Below, in pieces: positions 30,790 to 40,178 of a stretch of 64,000 nucleotides of DNA. Position 1 is the stretch's first letter; every line of letters starts with the position of its first letter. The stretch lies in contig CAVRGP010000011.1 in assembly GCA_963720755.1 (NCBI GenBank), positions 544,001 through 608,000 of the forward strand, given 5' to 3'. This DNA is from an uncultured Chloroflexia bacterium. Its GTDB lineage: Bacteria; Chloroflexota; Limnocylindria; Limnocylindrales; CSP1-4. The notes under the pieces were generated by a model. It saw nothing but the letters and a program-made list of their open reading frames with translations. It was not told where the DNA came from and did not search any database. The position numbers and the translations under genes are program-made.

Positions 30790-31460
30790 CGCTGGACGCG
30801 GCCGCCGCGGTGGTCCTTGCCATCGATACGTCGACGACGCGGGTCACCATCGCCCTCGGCACCGCCGACGGGAGCCTTCTCGCTGGCGACGCCTGGCCGG
30901 CGGGCCATCGCCACGGTGAGACCCTCATGCCGGCCATCGAGTCACTGCTCGGTCGTGCCGAGGTCGACCGATCGCGGCTGTCGGCGATCCTCGTCGGGAC
31001 TGGCCCCGGCGCGTTCACCGGCCTCCGGGTCGGGATCGCGACGGCCAAGGGTCTCGCGGTCGGGCTCGGGATCCAGCTCGTCGGCATCTCGACGGCCGAC
31101 GCGATCCTCGCCGACGCCCCGGTCCGATCGGTGCTCCTGCTGCCCGCCGGGCCAGCCGATCGGCTGCTGGCACGTCCGGGTGAGCCGGCACTCCTGCTGC
31201 CCGCGGGGACGGAACCGGGTCTTGCGATCGACGAGACACTCCTCGCGGTCGACCTCGCCGGAAGGGCGCCAGCCGATGCGGTGGAGCGTGGCGAGGCCGC
31301 GCGGGGCACGCTCGGCCGGTCGATCCTCGGTCTGGGCACTGCGCGACTCTCTCGTGGCGACGCCGATGACCCGGCAGAACTCGTGCCGGAGTACGTCACG
31401 CTTCCGCGTGGTGTCCGAACCGAAGGCGGGGAGGTGGCATGGTCGCGCGACCGCCGTTGA
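30786..31460 (+). CDS. tsaB: tRNA t6A biosynthesis protein TsaB
   Basis: LAIDTST, H.E.LMP, GPGAFTGLRVG, PEY. Confidence 0.95.
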   Translation: MTLDAAAAVVLAIDTSTTRVTIALGTADGSLLAGDAWPAGHRHGETLMPAIESLLGRAEVDRSRLSAILVGTGPGAFTGLRVGIATAKGLAVGLGIQLVGISTADAILADAPVRSVLLLPAGPADRLLARPGEPALLLPAGTEPGLAIDETLLAVDLAGRAPADAVERGEAARGTLGRSILGLGTARLSRGDADDPAELVPEYVTLPRGVRTEGGEVAWSRDRR

Positions 31461-31987
31461 TCTTGCGGATCGAGCCGATGGAGGTCGACGACCTGCCGGC
31501 CGTCCATGCCATCGAGGCCCTGAGTTTCGACGCTCCGTGGCCGCCCGAGGCGTATCGCAACGACCTTGAGACCAATCGCCTGGCCCAGTACCTGGTCGCC
31601 CGGGTCGGGGACGAGGTCGCCGCGTTCGGCGGGATGTGGCTGATGGTCGACGAGGGCCACATCATCACCTTCGCCGTCCACCCGGTCTGGCGGCGCCAGA
31701 ACGTGGGTGGGCGTCTGTTGCTGTCGTTCCTCGATCTGGCGGGTGACCGCGGCGCCCACGAGGCGACCCTCGAGGTGCGCCTCTCCAACCTGCCGGCCCG
31801 CCGACTGTACGAGAAGTTCGGGTTCCGACCGGTCGGCCTGCGGCCGCGCTACTACAGCGACAACGGTGAGGACGCGCTGATCATGACGACCGATCCGCTC
31901 GCCGATCCCCGGATGCGCGACCGCATCGCTCGGCTGCGGGCAGCCATCGATGCCGCTCCGGCGCCCAGCCGGCGGCCCGACGCATGA
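31439..31987 (+). CDS. rimI: Ribosomal protein S18 N-acetyltransferase (GNAT)
   Basis: AVHPVWRRQNVG, TLEVRLSN, LYEKFGF, RPRYYSDNGEDALIM. Confidence 0.95.
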   Translation: MVARPPLILRIEPMEVDDLPAVHAIEALSFDAPWPPEAYRNDLETNRLAQYLVARVGDEVAAFGGMWLMVDEGHIITFAVHPVWRRQNVGGRLLLSFLDLAGDRGAHEATLEVRLSNLPARRLYEKFGFRPVGLRPRYYSDNGEDALIMTTDPLADPRMRDRIARLRAAIDAAPAPSRRPDA

Positions 31988-33048
31988 GTGGGGGTCTGAT
32001 CCTCGCGGTCGAATCGTCCTGCGACGAGACCGGGATCGCCGTCATCGAGGACGGTTCGCTGATCCGTTCCAACGTCGTGGCCTCGCAGGTTGCGCTCCAC
32101 GCCCCGTCCGGCGGGATCGTGCCCGAGGTGGCTGCGCGGGCCCATCTGCGCTGGATCGTGCCCGTGCTCAAGGACGCCCTGCGCGATGCCGATGCCACGT
32201 GGGACGACATCGACGCGGTCGCCGTCACGTATGGCCCGGGCCTGGCCGGATCGCTGCTGGTCGGGGTCAACTTCGCCAAGGCGCTGGCCTGGGTCCACGA
32301 TCGGCCGTTAATCGGCGTCAATCACCTCGAAGGACACATCTACGCCGCGTGGCTGCGCGATGCCGGAGAGGCTGACCGGCCGGATCCGATCTTCCCGCTG
32401 GTGGCCCTGGTCGTGTCCGGGGGTCATACGTTCCTGGCGGAGATGCCGGAGCACCTCACCTATCGCCTCCTTGGATCGACCCTCGATGATGCCGCTGGGG
32501 AGGCATTCGACAAGGTCGGCCGGTTGCTCGGGCTCGGGTACCCGGGCGGTCCGGCCATCGGCCGCGCGTCGGCGTCGGCGACGCACCACGACCGCGTCTT
32601 TCCCAGGGCGTGGCTCGGCGATTCGTATGACCTGAGCTTCTCGGGGCTCAAGACCGCCGCCCGTCGGATCATCACGGAAGCTCGGGTCGACGCCGGTCTC
32701 GCCGGCGACCTGGATGCACCATTGGCGGACGACGTCGTCGCGGACCTTGCCTGGGGCTTCCAGGATGCCGTCGTCGACGTGCTCGTGACCAAGACCATCC
32801 GGGCGGCGACTGCGACCGGGGCCAGGTCCATCGTCATGGGCGGCGGGGTGGCCGCGAACAGCGCGCTGCGAGAGAGGTTGACCGGCGAGGCCGAGGCGCT
32901 CGGTGTCCCGTTGATCGTCCCGCGACCGGCGTTGTGTACCGACAATGGGGCGATGATCGGTGGCGCCGGGGCGCGCCGGTTCGCGGTGGGGGAACGGTCC
33001 GGCCTCGACCTGGATGCCCGCCCGTCGTTGCCCTTGGCGGTCCGTTGA
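31984..33048 (+). CDS. tsaD: tRNA t6A transferase TsaD
   Basis: ESSCDET, GGIVPEVAARAH, HLEGH, VSGGHT, DDAAGEAFDK, DNGAMI. Confidence 0.98.
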   Translation: MSGGLILAVESSCDETGIAVIEDGSLIRSNVVASQVALHAPSGGIVPEVAARAHLRWIVPVLKDALRDADATWDDIDAVAVTYGPGLAGSLLVGVNFAKALAWVHDRPLIGVNHLEGHIYAAWLRDAGEADRPDPIFPLVALVVSGGHTFLAEMPEHLTYRLLGSTLDDAAGEAFDKVGRLLGLGYPGGPAIGRASASATHHDRVFPRAWLGDSYDLSFSGLKTAARRIITEARVDAGLAGDLDAPLADDVVADLAWGFQDAVVDVLVTKTIRAATATGARSIVMGGGVAANSALRERLTGEAEALGVPLIVPRPALCTDNGAMIGGAGARRFAVGERSGLDLDARPSLPLAVR

Positions 33049-33914
33049 CCTCGGTCGACCCCGAGTCGGTCCGGGCGACGCTCAAGGCGGCGGGCCTGCG
33101 CGCCCGTCACCGTCTGTCGCAGAACTTCCTGGCGGATACCGACGTCCTCGATGCCATCCTGGCCGAGGCGGGACCCGGGCCTGGTCGACGTGTCCTCGAG
33201 ATCGGCCCCGGACTCGGCCTTCTGACCGGAGGTCTGCTCGCATCGGGTGCGGCGGTGACGGCGGTCGAACTCGACCGCGGGCTGGCCGCATTCCTGGCCG
33301 ACCGCTTCGGCGACGACCAGGCCCTGCGGTTGATCGAAGGGGACGCGCTCGATCAGGACCTCGTCCATCTCGTCGAGCCACCGTATGACGTCGTTGCGAA
33401 CCTCCCGTACCACATCACGAGTCCGATCCTGCATGCACTCCTCGGGCAGCCGCCACGCCCGGAGCGCCTCGTCCTGATGGTCCAGCGGGAGGTCGCCGAG
33501 CGGATCGCCGCGCCGCCCGGGAAGATGAGCTACCTGTCGGTCTTCGTCCAGTACCACGCCAGCGTGCGGATCGCGATGGCCGTGCCGGCGGCCGCCTTCG
33601 AGCCGGAGCCGGCGGTCGAGTCGGCGGTCATCGTCGTCCAACCGTTCGCCGACGACGACCGCCTTGGGCCCGAGGATGAGGACGAGCTGTGGCGGCTGGT
33701 CCAGGCAGCCTTCCGGGAGCGTCGCAAGATGATCCACAACGTCCTGAGCCGCCAGTTGCCGCTGGATGCCGGCCGAGTCATGGCGGCGCTCGAGACGGCC
33801 GGGATCGCACCGGACCGACGGCCGCAGACGCTCGCGGTGGGGGAGTGGCTCGTGCTCCGCGAGGCGCTCGGACCGATCGGCCCGGATGGGCGCGGTCGCC
33901 GGTCCGCCTCATGA
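33045..33914 (+). CDS. rsmA: 16S rRNA dimethyltransferase RsmA/KsgA
   Basis: QNFL, VLEIGPGLG, VANLPYHIT, MVQREVA; TTG start overlaps the tsaD stop. Confidence 0.96.
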   Translation: MTSVDPESVRATLKAAGLRARHRLSQNFLADTDVLDAILAEAGPGPGRRVLEIGPGLGLLTGGLLASGAAVTAVELDRGLAAFLADRFGDDQALRLIEGDALDQDLVHLVEPPYDVVANLPYHITSPILHALLGQPPRPERLVLMVQREVAERIAAPPGKMSYLSVFVQYHASVRIAMAVPAAAFEPEPAVESAVIVVQPFADDDRLGPEDEDELWRLVQAAFRERRKMIHNVLSRQLPLDAGRVMAALETAGIAPDRRPQTLAVGEWLVLREALGPIGPDGRGRRSAS

Positions 33915-34912
33915 CCGACCGCGACCCGATCCGCCGCCTGATGCCGGTCGTCCGACTGGCCCCGGCCAAGCTCAATCTGAGTCTGGCGGTCGACGCACGA
34001 CGCGATGATGGCTATCACCCGCTCCACTCGGTCTTCGTCCCGCTCACCCTTGCCGACCGGCTGAGCCTGGCGCCGGCCGGTGGCGACCGGGACACACTCC
34101 ACGTGACCGGCCTCGACGCCGGACCGCCGGCCGACAACCTCGTCTTCCGGGCGCTCGCGGCGGCCCGCGCCGCGGTCGGTGGTGGCTGGGCGGGTGGGCC
34201 CGGTCCCGCGCCCGCGCTGGCGGTTCGGCTCGACAAATTGATCCCGGTCGCCGCGGGACTGGCCGGGGGCTCGTCCGATGCCGCCGCCGCGCTCGACGGT
34301 GCCCTCGAGGCGTGGGGCGCTGATCTGGAGCCTGACGCGAAGCTAGCGACCGCCGCCCGGATCGGGTCCGACGTGCCGTTCTTCCTGGCGGGCGGTCCAG
34401 CCCTGGTCGAGGGCCGTGGCGAGCTCGTCGTGCCGCTTCATGGCCTTCGCGGGACGCCGGGCGTGCTCCTCGTGACACCACTGGTCCCTGTCTCGACGAC
34501 GGATGTGTTCGCCGCATTCGACGCCATCCGGACTCGAGGTGACAGCGCCGTTCGGATGTCGTCCGCACACCTGGCCGAGGAACTCCGGTCGGGACTCACG
34601 ACCGAGAATCTCGTTGCGCGGGCAGGTGTCCTCGCCTCGGCCAACGACTTGTTGCCGGCGACGGCCCTGGTCGTGCCGGACCTGATCCCGTTCAAACGCG
34701 CCCTGAGCCGGCTGCTCATGCGGCCGATCGGGCTGTCCGGTTCAGGCCCGACGCTCTGGGCGCTCTATCCTTCAAAGGTGGATGCCGCCGAGGCAGCCGA
34801 GGTCGTCGGGTCCGCCCTGCGCGCCGGCGGGATCGCCGCGCCCGGGATCGGACAGCCGACCGTCATCGCGACCGCGATCGTCGGTCACCAGGAGCAGGGG
34901 AGTGGACCATGA
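33911..34912 (+). CDS. ispE: 4-diphosphocytidyl-2-C-methyl-D-erythritol kinase
   Basis: APAKLNL, DGYH, IPVAAGLAGGSSDAAA, GSDVPFF, LSGSGPT. Confidence 0.96.
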   Translation: MTDRDPIRRLMPVVRLAPAKLNLSLAVDARRDDGYHPLHSVFVPLTLADRLSLAPAGGDRDTLHVTGLDAGPPADNLVFRALAAARAAVGGGWAGGPGPAPALAVRLDKLIPVAAGLAGGSSDAAAALDGALEAWGADLEPDAKLATAARIGSDVPFFLAGGPALVEGRGELVVPLHGLRGTPGVLLVTPLVPVSTTDVFAAFDAIRTRGDSAVRMSSAHLAEELRSGLTTENLVARAGVLASANDLLPATALVVPDLIPFKRALSRLLMRPIGLSGSGPTLWALYPSKVDAAEAAEVVGSALRAGGIAAPGIGQPTVIATAIVGHQEQGSGP

Positions 34913-35292
34913 CCCGCCACGCGATCTCGACCAACGGAGCGCCAGCCGCCATCGGGCCGTACAGCCAGGCGATCGTCGCCGACGGATTCCTGTTCAGCGC
35001 CGGCCAGGCCGCCCTCGACCCGACGTCCGGCACCCTGGTCGAGGGAGGGATCGAACCAGAGACCGAACGGGTGATGGCGAACCTCGGCGCCGTGCTCGAC
35101 GCCGCCGGGGCTTCGTGGGGCGACGTCGTCAAGGCGACCATCTTCCTCGTCGACATGGCCGATTTCGCAGCCGTCAATACGATCTACGGTCGGTTCGTCG
35201 GCGATCCACCACCGGCTCGCTCCACGGTCGCGGTGGCGGCCCTGCCGAAAGGCGCCCGCGTCGAGATCGAAGTCGTGGCTCGACTCGGTTGA
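34909..35292 (+). CDS. ridA: RidA (YjgF/UK114) enamine deaminase
   Basis: APAAIGPYSQA, FAAVN.IY, PARS, LPKGARVEIE. Confidence 0.95.
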   Translation: MTRHAISTNGAPAAIGPYSQAIVADGFLFSAGQAALDPTSGTLVEGGIEPETERVMANLGAVLDAAGASWGDVVKATIFLVDMADFAAVNTIYGRFVGDPPPARSTVAVAALPKGARVEIEVVARLG

Positions 35293-35318
35293 CACCCCAG
35301 AGTGACCGACCCTACGAT
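35289..35318 (+). promoter_or_regulatory. Sigma70-type promoter upstream of glmU
   Basis: TTGACA(35289-94, overlapping the ridA stop), 18 nt spacer, TACGAT(35313-18). Confidence 0.75.
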
Positions 35319-35415
35319 GCCCCGACCCACTGATGACTGCTGACGCATCCGCGACGGACCCCGAACGGGTCGGGAGCGACGACCGCTCTCGCATCCGCAC
35401 CCGACGGCACTCGTC

Positions 35416-36897
35416 GTGAACCCCCCGAGTACCTCGCCGAGCCACGGCACGGTCGCCGTCGTGCTGGCGGCTGGCCTGGGCACCCGGATGCGATCGACCG
35501 TGCCCAAGGTCCTGCACCCGCTGTGTGGGCGGCCGATGCTCGCCTACGTGCTCGATGCCTGGGGAAGTACGGACGATGGCGTGGCCGGCGGACACCCGGT
35601 CGTGGTCTTCTCGCCGTCGGTCGCGGCGATCATCGATGTGTTCGCCGACCAGGCGGTGTTCGCTCTCCAGGATGAACCACGAGGGACCGGGGACGCCGTC
35701 GCTGCGGCCCTGGCGATCGTCCACGCCGAAGCGACCGAGGTCGTCATCCTGTCCGGGGACGTCCCCCTGGTGACCGGAGCGGACCTCGAGGCGGTCATCG
35801 CCGCGCGGCGCGAGGACGATGCCGCGATCGCCCTGGCCAGTGTCTTCGCAGCCGACCCGGCCCAGCTCGGGCGGGTCGTTCGAGGGGAGTTCGGGACGGT
35901 CGAGCGGGTCGTCGAGGCCCGGGACGCGACCCCGGATGAATTGACCGGCAATGAAGCGAACGTCGGCCTCTACGCCTTCGATGCCGAGTGGCTCCGGCGG
36001 CGGATCGGCGCCCTGACCCCGTCGAGTTCGACGGGCGAGCTGTACCTGACCGATCTCGTCCGGCTGGCCCGTGAAGACGGCCGGATCGTCAGCGCCGTCG
36101 CATTCGAAGACGACGGGCGGTTCGACGGGATCAACGATCGCTCGCAGCTGGCGGCCGCCGAATGGAGCATGCGGGTCCGGCTCAACGAAGCGCACATGCG
36201 CAACGGAGTCACGATGCGCGACCCCTCGACCGTGTACCTGGACTGGACGGTCGATCTGGGCGCGGACGTCATCCTCGAGCCGGGCGTCATCCTGCGGGGC
36301 GCGACCTCGGTCGCAGATGGTGCGGTCATCGGTGCCGGGAGCCAGCTGATCGACGCCACGATCGGCGCGGGTGCTCGGGTCTGGGCTAGCATCGTCGAGT
36401 CGTCCGTGGTCGAGGACGGCGCAACCGTCGGACCGTTCAGCCACCTGCGGCCCGGCAGCGTCGTGAGTCGCGGCGCGGAGGTGGGCAACTTCGCGGAGCT
36501 CAAGAACACGCGCCTCGGGCCTGGGTCCAAGCAGCATCACATGAGCTACCTCGGCGACGCCGACATCGGGGTGGGCGTCAACATCGGGGCAGGCACGATC
36601 ACCGCCAACTACGACGGCGCGCGCAAGAATCCGACGACGATCGGCGACGGCGCCTTCATCGGCGTCGACACCATGATCGTCGCGCCCCGGGTGATCGGAG
36701 AGGGCGCCCGGACCGGGGCCGGCGCGGTGGTGACCCGGGACGTGCCACCCGGAAAGCTCGCGGTCGGCGTGCCCGCCCGGATCCGCGAGCCGCGGGCGGC
36801 ATCAGGGTCGACCTCGCCGTCCGAGGAACCCGAGGAGCCCGGTGCGGTTGCCGAGTCAGCTGTGTCACCCAAGCCGCCCGAGCCTGCCGACCCCTAG
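35416..36897 (+). CDS. glmU: Bifunctional UDP-GlcNAc pyrophosphorylase / GlcN-1-P acetyltransferase
   Basis: LAAGLGTRM, PKVLH, GTGDAV, GDVP, ELYLTD, hexapeptide repeats, NYDG. Confidence 0.97.
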   Translation: MNPPSTSPSHGTVAVVLAAGLGTRMRSTVPKVLHPLCGRPMLAYVLDAWGSTDDGVAGGHPVVVFSPSVAAIIDVFADQAVFALQDEPRGTGDAVAAALAIVHAEATEVVILSGDVPLVTGADLEAVIAARREDDAAIALASVFAADPAQLGRVVRGEFGTVERVVEARDATPDELTGNEANVGLYAFDAEWLRRRIGALTPSSSTGELYLTDLVRLAREDGRIVSAVAFEDDGRFDGINDRSQLAAAEWSMRVRLNEAHMRNGVTMRDPSTVYLDWTVDLGADVILEPGVILRGATSVADGAVIGAGSQLIDATIGAGARVWASIVESSVVEDGATVGPFSHLRPGSVVSRGAEVGNFAELKNTRLGPGSKQHHMSYLGDADIGVGVNIGAGTITANYDGARKNPTTIGDGAFIGVDTMIVAPRVIGEGARTGAGAVVTRDVPPGKLAVGVPARIREPRAASGSTSPSEEPEEPGAVAESAVSPKPPEPADP

Positions 36898-38238
36898 ATG
36901 GACACGATCCTCCAGCTGCTCGTCATCGGCGCCCTGACCTTCCTCGAGGCCATCTTCGTGGCCAGCGAGATCGCCCTCGTGACCGTGCGGCGGACCAGGA
37001 TCGACCAGCTCGTCGACGAAGGCGATCGGAGCGCCGAGCGGGTCAGACGACTGGTAGCCCAACCGGGTCGGTTCCTGGCGGTCACCCAGATCGGCCTGAC
37101 GTTCATCGGCTTCCTCGCCTCGGCCTATGCCGCGGTCAACCTGACGACGAGCCTGCAGACCTTCTTCGTGTCGACCGGCATGCCCATCCTGTCGACGTCG
37201 TCCGAGGCGATCGCGTTGATCGTCGTGACCCTTCTCCTCAGCCTGTTCACGATCGTCTTCGGCGAGCTCGTGCCAAAGAGCCTCGCACTCGCGCATACCG
37301 AGGCCTTCGCGCTCCGACTGAGTGGGTTCATCACCTTCCTGCTGCGGCTCTTCGGACCCCTCGTGGGGGCCCTCACCGCGGTCACGACGGGGATCTCACG
37401 GATGCTCGGCGCCGGTGACCAGAGCGAAGGCGTGATGAGCACGGAAGAGCTCAAGATCCTCGTCGAGCGCGGCGGCGAACAGGGCATCCTCGAGGCCGAG
37501 GAGGAACAGATGATCCATGCGGTCATCGAACTCGGCGACCAACGCGTCCACGAAGTGATGGTGCCGCGGACGTCGATGGTCACCCTGCCCGTGACCGCTT
37601 CGCTGGGCGAGGCGATCGACACGGTCATCGACGGCGGTCACAGCCGCATCCCGGTCTACGGGGAGTCGATCGACGAGGTCGTCGGGCTCCTCTACGCCAA
37701 GGACCTGCTGCCGTTCCTCAAGGAACCGGCCGAAGAGCGGCCGAGTCTTCGCTCGATCCTGCGCACCCCGGTCTTCATCCCCGAATCGATGAGTGTCGAC
37801 GACCTCCTCCATGAATTCCAGCGGCGGAAGGTCCACATGGCCATCGTCCTCGACGAGTACGGCGGGACAGCCGGCATGGCGACGATCGAGGACCTGCTCG
37901 AGGAGATCGTCGGCGAGATCCAGGACGAATACGACGTCGAGGAGCCGCTGATCGTCCGGCTATCCGAACATGAGGCCCGGATCGACGGTCGGATCGACGT
38001 CGATGACCTCGGCGACCTGTTCGATATGAAGCTCGGGCTGGAAGATGCCGACGAGTACGACACCCTCGGCGGTCTGATCTATCACCGAATCGGCGGGGTG
38101 CCGAAACCGGGCGATCAGGTCGAGCTCGACGGCCTGACCCTGACCGTCGAGTCGACCGACGGACGACGTGTCGGCAAGGTGCTGGCCGTCCGGGATCACG
38201 ACCGGGGTGCGCTCGGGGACGACGAGGCGGATCGCTGA
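36898..38238 (+). CDS. HlyC/CorC (CNNM + 2 CBS + CorC) Mg/Co transport-related protein
   Basis: FVASEIAL, VFGELVPK, VMVPR, HSRIPV, DEYGGTAG, EDLLEEIVGEI.DE. Confidence 0.95.
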   Translation: MDTILQLLVIGALTFLEAIFVASEIALVTVRRTRIDQLVDEGDRSAERVRRLVAQPGRFLAVTQIGLTFIGFLASAYAAVNLTTSLQTFFVSTGMPILSTSSEAIALIVVTLLLSLFTIVFGELVPKSLALAHTEAFALRLSGFITFLLRLFGPLVGALTAVTTGISRMLGAGDQSEGVMSTEELKILVERGGEQGILEAEEEQMIHAVIELGDQRVHEVMVPRTSMVTLPVTASLGEAIDTVIDGGHSRIPVYGESIDEVVGLLYAKDLLPFLKEPAEERPSLRSILRTPVFIPESMSVDDLLHEFQRRKVHMAIVLDEYGGTAGMATIEDLLEEIVGEIQDEYDVEEPLIVRLSEHEARIDGRIDVDDLGDLFDMKLGLEDADEYDTLGGLIYHRIGGVPKPGDQVELDGLTLTVESTDGRRVGKVLAVRDHDRGALGDDEADR

Positions 38239-38280
38239 GGGCGGACGGAGCGCGGAGACGCCGACAGCCGGCGCCGACCG

Positions 38281-39306
38281 TCAGGCGCTGATGACCGAGA
38301 CGATGATCTGCTCGAGCCGGGCGCGAGCCTCGGGCCGGACGACGCCGGCCCCGTCGAGTTCGGCCAGCGCTTCGTCCCGGTAGTGGCGAGCCTGATCCCG
38401 TGTGTAGTCGCGGGCACCCGAGCGCTCGAGGATCGCGATGATCTCGGCGACCGTGCTCGGGTCCGGATCCGACGCGGCATACAGTTCGCCCAAACGCTCG
38501 CGGTCCTCGGGGCCGGCGTGCTCCCACGCGTAGATGACCGGCAGGGTCTTCTTGCGGTTGGCCACGTCCGATGGTTCCTTGCCGGTCGCCTGTTCCGGCC
38601 CCCAGATCCCGAGCAGATCGTCATTGAGCTGGAACGCCAGGCCGAGGGCCCAGCCGAACCCCCGATAGCGGGCGATGACCTCGTCGTCATCGGTCGCCAG
38701 CAGCGCCCCGGCTTCGATCGATGCGGCGATCAGGGACGCGGTCTTGCGCCCGATCATGTCGAAGTAGAGATCCACGCTCCCGAGATCGGGTGCGTTGCTC
38801 ACCGCGATGTCGATGTACTGACCCTCGCACAACGCCAGGCAGGTCTCGTCGTACAGCCGCATCAGCCGCAGGACCGTGCGATCCGGGAACCCCAGATCGG
38901 TCAGGCGATGCAGGGCGACGCGGGAAAGGCTGAACAGGGTGTCACCGGCGTTGATCGCCTGCGGGATGCCGTGGATGGTCCATAGCGTCGGGCGGTGGCG
39001 GCGCTCGACATCACCGTCCTCGATATCGTCGTGCACGAGGCTGAAGTTGTGCCCCAGTTCGACCGCCGCCGCGCCCGGGAGCGCCCGCTGGTGCTCGCCG
39101 GTGATGCTGGCGTAGGCGAGCAGGCCGAGGAGTGGCCGCATCCGCTTGCCGCCGGAGGCGCCGGACCCGTCCAGGGCGAGGTGATATCGGACCATCTCAT
39201 AGAGGCCATGGGTGGACGGATCGCGATCCTGCACGAGCCGGACGATCTCGCCTTCCGTGTCCGCGATCAGGGCGGCGAGGTCGATCTCCGGGGATGCGGT
39301 GGTCAT
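38281..39306 (-). CDS. Short-chain polyprenyl diphosphate synthase (GGPP/FPP type)
   Basis: GGKRMRP, FARM HNFSLVHDDIED with Phe at -5, GQYID, KTA, SARM FQLNDD. Confidence 0.93.
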   Translation of the reverse strand: MTTASPEIDLAALIADTEGEIVRLVQDRDPSTHGLYEMVRYHLALDGSGASGGKRMRPLLGLLAYASITGEHQRALPGAAAVELGHNFSLVHDDIEDGDVERRHRPTLWTIHGIPQAINAGDTLFSLSRVALHRLTDLGFPDRTVLRLMRLYDETCLALCEGQYIDIAVSNAPDLGSVDLYFDMIGRKTASLIAASIEAGALLATDDDEVIARYRGFGWALGLAFQLNDDLLGIWGPEQATGKEPSDVANRKKTLPVIYAWEHAGPEDRERLGELYAASDPDPSTVAEIIAILERSGARDYTRDQARHYRDEALAELDGAGVVRPEARARLEQIIVSVISA

Positions 39307-39392
39307 CGTGGCCGGAGTGTACACGAAACGTGCGCGGCTCAGGTAGCCTGATTGTCCGTCACGTCGCGCCGGCAAGTGGTACCGTCGCCTCG

Positions 39393-40178
39393 ATGCCAAC
39401 CCCGCGCCGCTACACGACGGACGCGATCGTCCTGTCTCGATTCGATCTCGGCGAGGCCGACCGGGTCCTGACCCTGATCACGCCCGATGGCGGCAAGCTC
39501 AAGGCGATCGCCAAGGGCGTCCGACGACCGACGTCCCGGCTCGGCGGCAGCCTGGAGCCATTCGCCGAACTGACGGTCGCCCTCGCCCGGGGCCGGACGT
39601 TCGACGTCGTCACCCAGGTCAGCGTCGGGCACGCCTGGTTGAATCTGCGCGACTCGCTCGAATCGGCCGCGACGGCCTGGTACCTGGCCGAACTGGCGGA
39701 CCGGTCGCTCGAGGAGCGTCACCCGGCGCAACCGCTCTATGCGCTCCTCCGTCGCGCCTACGAACTGCTTGATGCGGCGATGGCCCCGGGACGGGTCGCG
39801 CGCTGGTACGAGATGCACTTGCTTGACGAGCTGGGCCAGCGTCCCGAAGTGGACCGCTGCGTCGAATGCGACCGGATGCTCGAACCCGACGAGCGCTACC
39901 GCTGGGTCCCGCCTCTCGGCGGGGTCCTGTGCCAGCGCTGCCCGGGTCCGCCCCATGAGCGGGCCGGGATCTCGCTCGAGGCGCTCAAATTGTTGAAGGC
40001 GTATCAGCGGCTCGACATCGAGGCGATCGCGGCCCTCCGCCTGGCCCCCGACGTCGAACGCGAGACCGAGTCTGCGATGCGATCGTTCGTCCGCGACGCC
40101 CTCGAACGCGATGCCCGATCACTCGCGTTCCTCGACGAGGTGCGCACCCCGCTCCAGGCGATGGTCGGCCAGCCGTGA
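39393..40178 (+). CDS. recO: DNA repair protein RecO (Zn-finger type)
   Basis: GEADRVLTL, AIAKGVRR, CVEC...CQRC; TGgTACCGT, 7 nt, ATG upstream. Confidence 0.96.
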   Translation: MPTPRRYTTDAIVLSRFDLGEADRVLTLITPDGGKLKAIAKGVRRPTSRLGGSLEPFAELTVALARGRTFDVVTQVSVGHAWLNLRDSLESAATAWYLAELADRSLEERHPAQPLYALLRRAYELLDAAMAPGRVARWYEMHLLDELGQRPEVDRCVECDRMLEPDERYRWVPPLGGVLCQRCPGPPHERAGISLEALKLLKAYQRLDIEAIAALRLAPDVERETESAMRSFVRDALERDARSLAFLDEVRTPLQAMVGQP

